IMG/VR virus record: IMGVR_UViG_3300027672_000033
Coordinates: 1-36,458 of that record
Origin: a virus
Lineage: Duplodnaviria; Caudoviricetes
Direction: 5' to 3' (one strand)
Length of the DNA stretch: 36,458 nt
Position numbers and translations under genes: made by a program. Below the pieces are notes generated by a model, which saw only the letters and a list, made by a program, of their open reading frames with translations, searched no databases and was not told the DNA's origin. Below are positions 35,536 to 36,458 of this stretch, one piece after another. The number at the start of each line of letters is the position of its first letter. The stretch's first letter is position 1.

Positions 35536-35554
35536 GGCCGTTAGGCCTTTTTTT
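35536..35554 (+). terminator. Possible weak intrinsic terminator
   Basis: GGCC-GTTA-GGCC followed by a T run; the stem is only 4 bp. Confidence 0.45.
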
Positions 35555-35588
35555 ATTATATTATATAAAGACTAAGTAAAAACGCTTC

Positions 35589-35596
35589 TATTTATA
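35589..35596 (+). promoter_or_regulatory. TATTTATA putative late promoter
   Basis: Upstream of the structured leader and ATG 35666. Confidence 0.6.
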
Positions 35597-35609
35597 GTTA
35601 AAGCTATTA

Positions 35610-35655
35610 TTGGCCCTGAGTAAGGGAAGTGGTCTCATAGAGCAACCAACCGTAA
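35610..35655 (+). other. GC-rich putative structured 5' leader RNA
   Basis: TTGG(35610-13)/CCAA(35646-49) enclose the hairpins CCCT-GAGTA-AGGG and CTC-ATA-GAG. Confidence 0.4.
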
Positions 35656-35665
35656 AAGTAAGATT

Positions 35666-36458
35666 ATGCCAAACTGGAAAAAATTAATTGTTAGTGGTTC
35701 TTCCGCTAATTTATTAAATCTTAACGTAACCAATGCAGTAACAGCATCTGCATTTAGAGGAGACGGCTCAGCATTGAGCAACGTCAATGCGTCTGTTACA
35801 CAACAAGCAACAGTAGCTAGTAGCTTTACAAATCAAACTTCAGTAGCCACCACACATAACTTCGGAACTAAAAACATTCTAGTCAATGTCTATAACGACA
35901 GTGACTCTATGATTATCCCCGCCTCTATCGTTGCTACTAGTACAAATGTAGTAACAGTAGGGTTTGATTTTTCAACAACGGGTAGGATAGTAATTGCAAA
36001 AGGAGGACATATTGTTCAAGGTACAGCAGCAGATGCTAACCTATTAGATGGAGAAGATGGAACACATTATTTAAACTACGGTAACTTTACAAATATTCCA
36101 AGTGGGATCGTTAGTAGCTCAGCACAGTTAGATAGTACTACAATATCTGCTCTAAATCTTAACGCACCCGTTTTCGGAACAGGAAGTAGCTCACCTTATT
36201 TCACAGAAGTTAGATACAATAACTCCAACGTTATGGAGTTCAATCAAATGTATCTTGGAAACGCAAGTGGTGATTATCTAGAAACAAACGAATACCAAAA
36301 AGTAGTTACAATAGTACCAGGTGCCAATAGTCAAAACTATCAAATTCTTGGTAGAATAACTGCACAAAGTGGAGGAGCAACCCATATTGTTAATTTTAAT
36401 GCAGCATTAAGAAGTAATACACTTCCTGATTTAGATTGGGGTATTACATATGATGATA
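35666..36458 (+). CDS. 3'-truncated fibre protein, paralogous to 30741..35273 (absent from the ORF track)
   Basis: Manual translation MPNWKKLIVSGSSANLLNLNVTNAVTASAFRGDGS...THNFGTKNILVNVYND...IAKGGHIV...; open to the window end. Confidence 0.9.
   Translation, partial: MPNWKKLIVSGSSANLLNLNVTNAVTASAFRGDGSALSNVNASVTQQATVASSFTNQTSVATTHNFGTKNILVNVYNDSDSMIIPASIVATSTNVVTVGFDFSTTGRIVIAKGGHIVQGTAADANLLDGEDGTHYLNYGNFTNIPSGIVSSSAQLDSTTISALNLNAPVFGTGSSSPYFTEVRYNNSNVMEFNQMYLGNASGDYLETNEYQKVVTIVPGANSQNYQILGRITAQSGGATHIVNFNAALRSNTLPDLDWGITYDD

Noticed and set aside
1-36458. tRNA, rRNA, integrase or transposase
   Set aside because: Intergenic gaps are short, none shows a cloverleaf or T-loop consensus, and no recombinase motifs were seen.

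Overview
The window is the head-morphogenesis and fibre region of a large, AT-rich, T4-related tailed phage. All credible genes are on the + strand and tightly packed. A Bacteroidota host is inferred from A-rich starts without Shine-Dalgarno sequences and a G/W/Y/N-rich lipoprotein-like gene. Gene order: partial low-complexity gene, P-loop kinase, HxGH nucleotidyltransferase fused to two HEXXH domains, HAD nucleotidase, small hypotheticals, two large modular acidic proteins, PD-(D/E)xK nuclease, large terminase, portal, conserved hypothetical, 77-aa peptide, 683-aa modular protein, gp21-like prohead protease, membrane protein, scaffold, gp23-like major capsid protein (MCP), PhoH, gp13/14/15-like neck and tail-completion genes, then several very large repeat/cadherin fibre genes (the last is truncated). 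Main unusual signals: (1) many non-structural proteins start with a short leader ending in [LIV]-[LIVx]-E and large proteins look like strings of small modules separated by such sites, suggesting head-packaged cargo and polyproteins cut by the prohead protease; (2) a 77-aa ORF carries an ungapped 15/21 copy of the predicted MCP cleavage site and mature N-arm; (3) a 242-nt out-of-frame overlap in which kinase codon choice avoids stops in the other frame; (4) a TATTTAT[A/T] motif in ten intergenic gaps, whose TATTTATA form is the reverse complement of the T4 late promoter; (5) two GC-rich structured intergenic elements. Functional calls come from motif recognition only; no searches were run.
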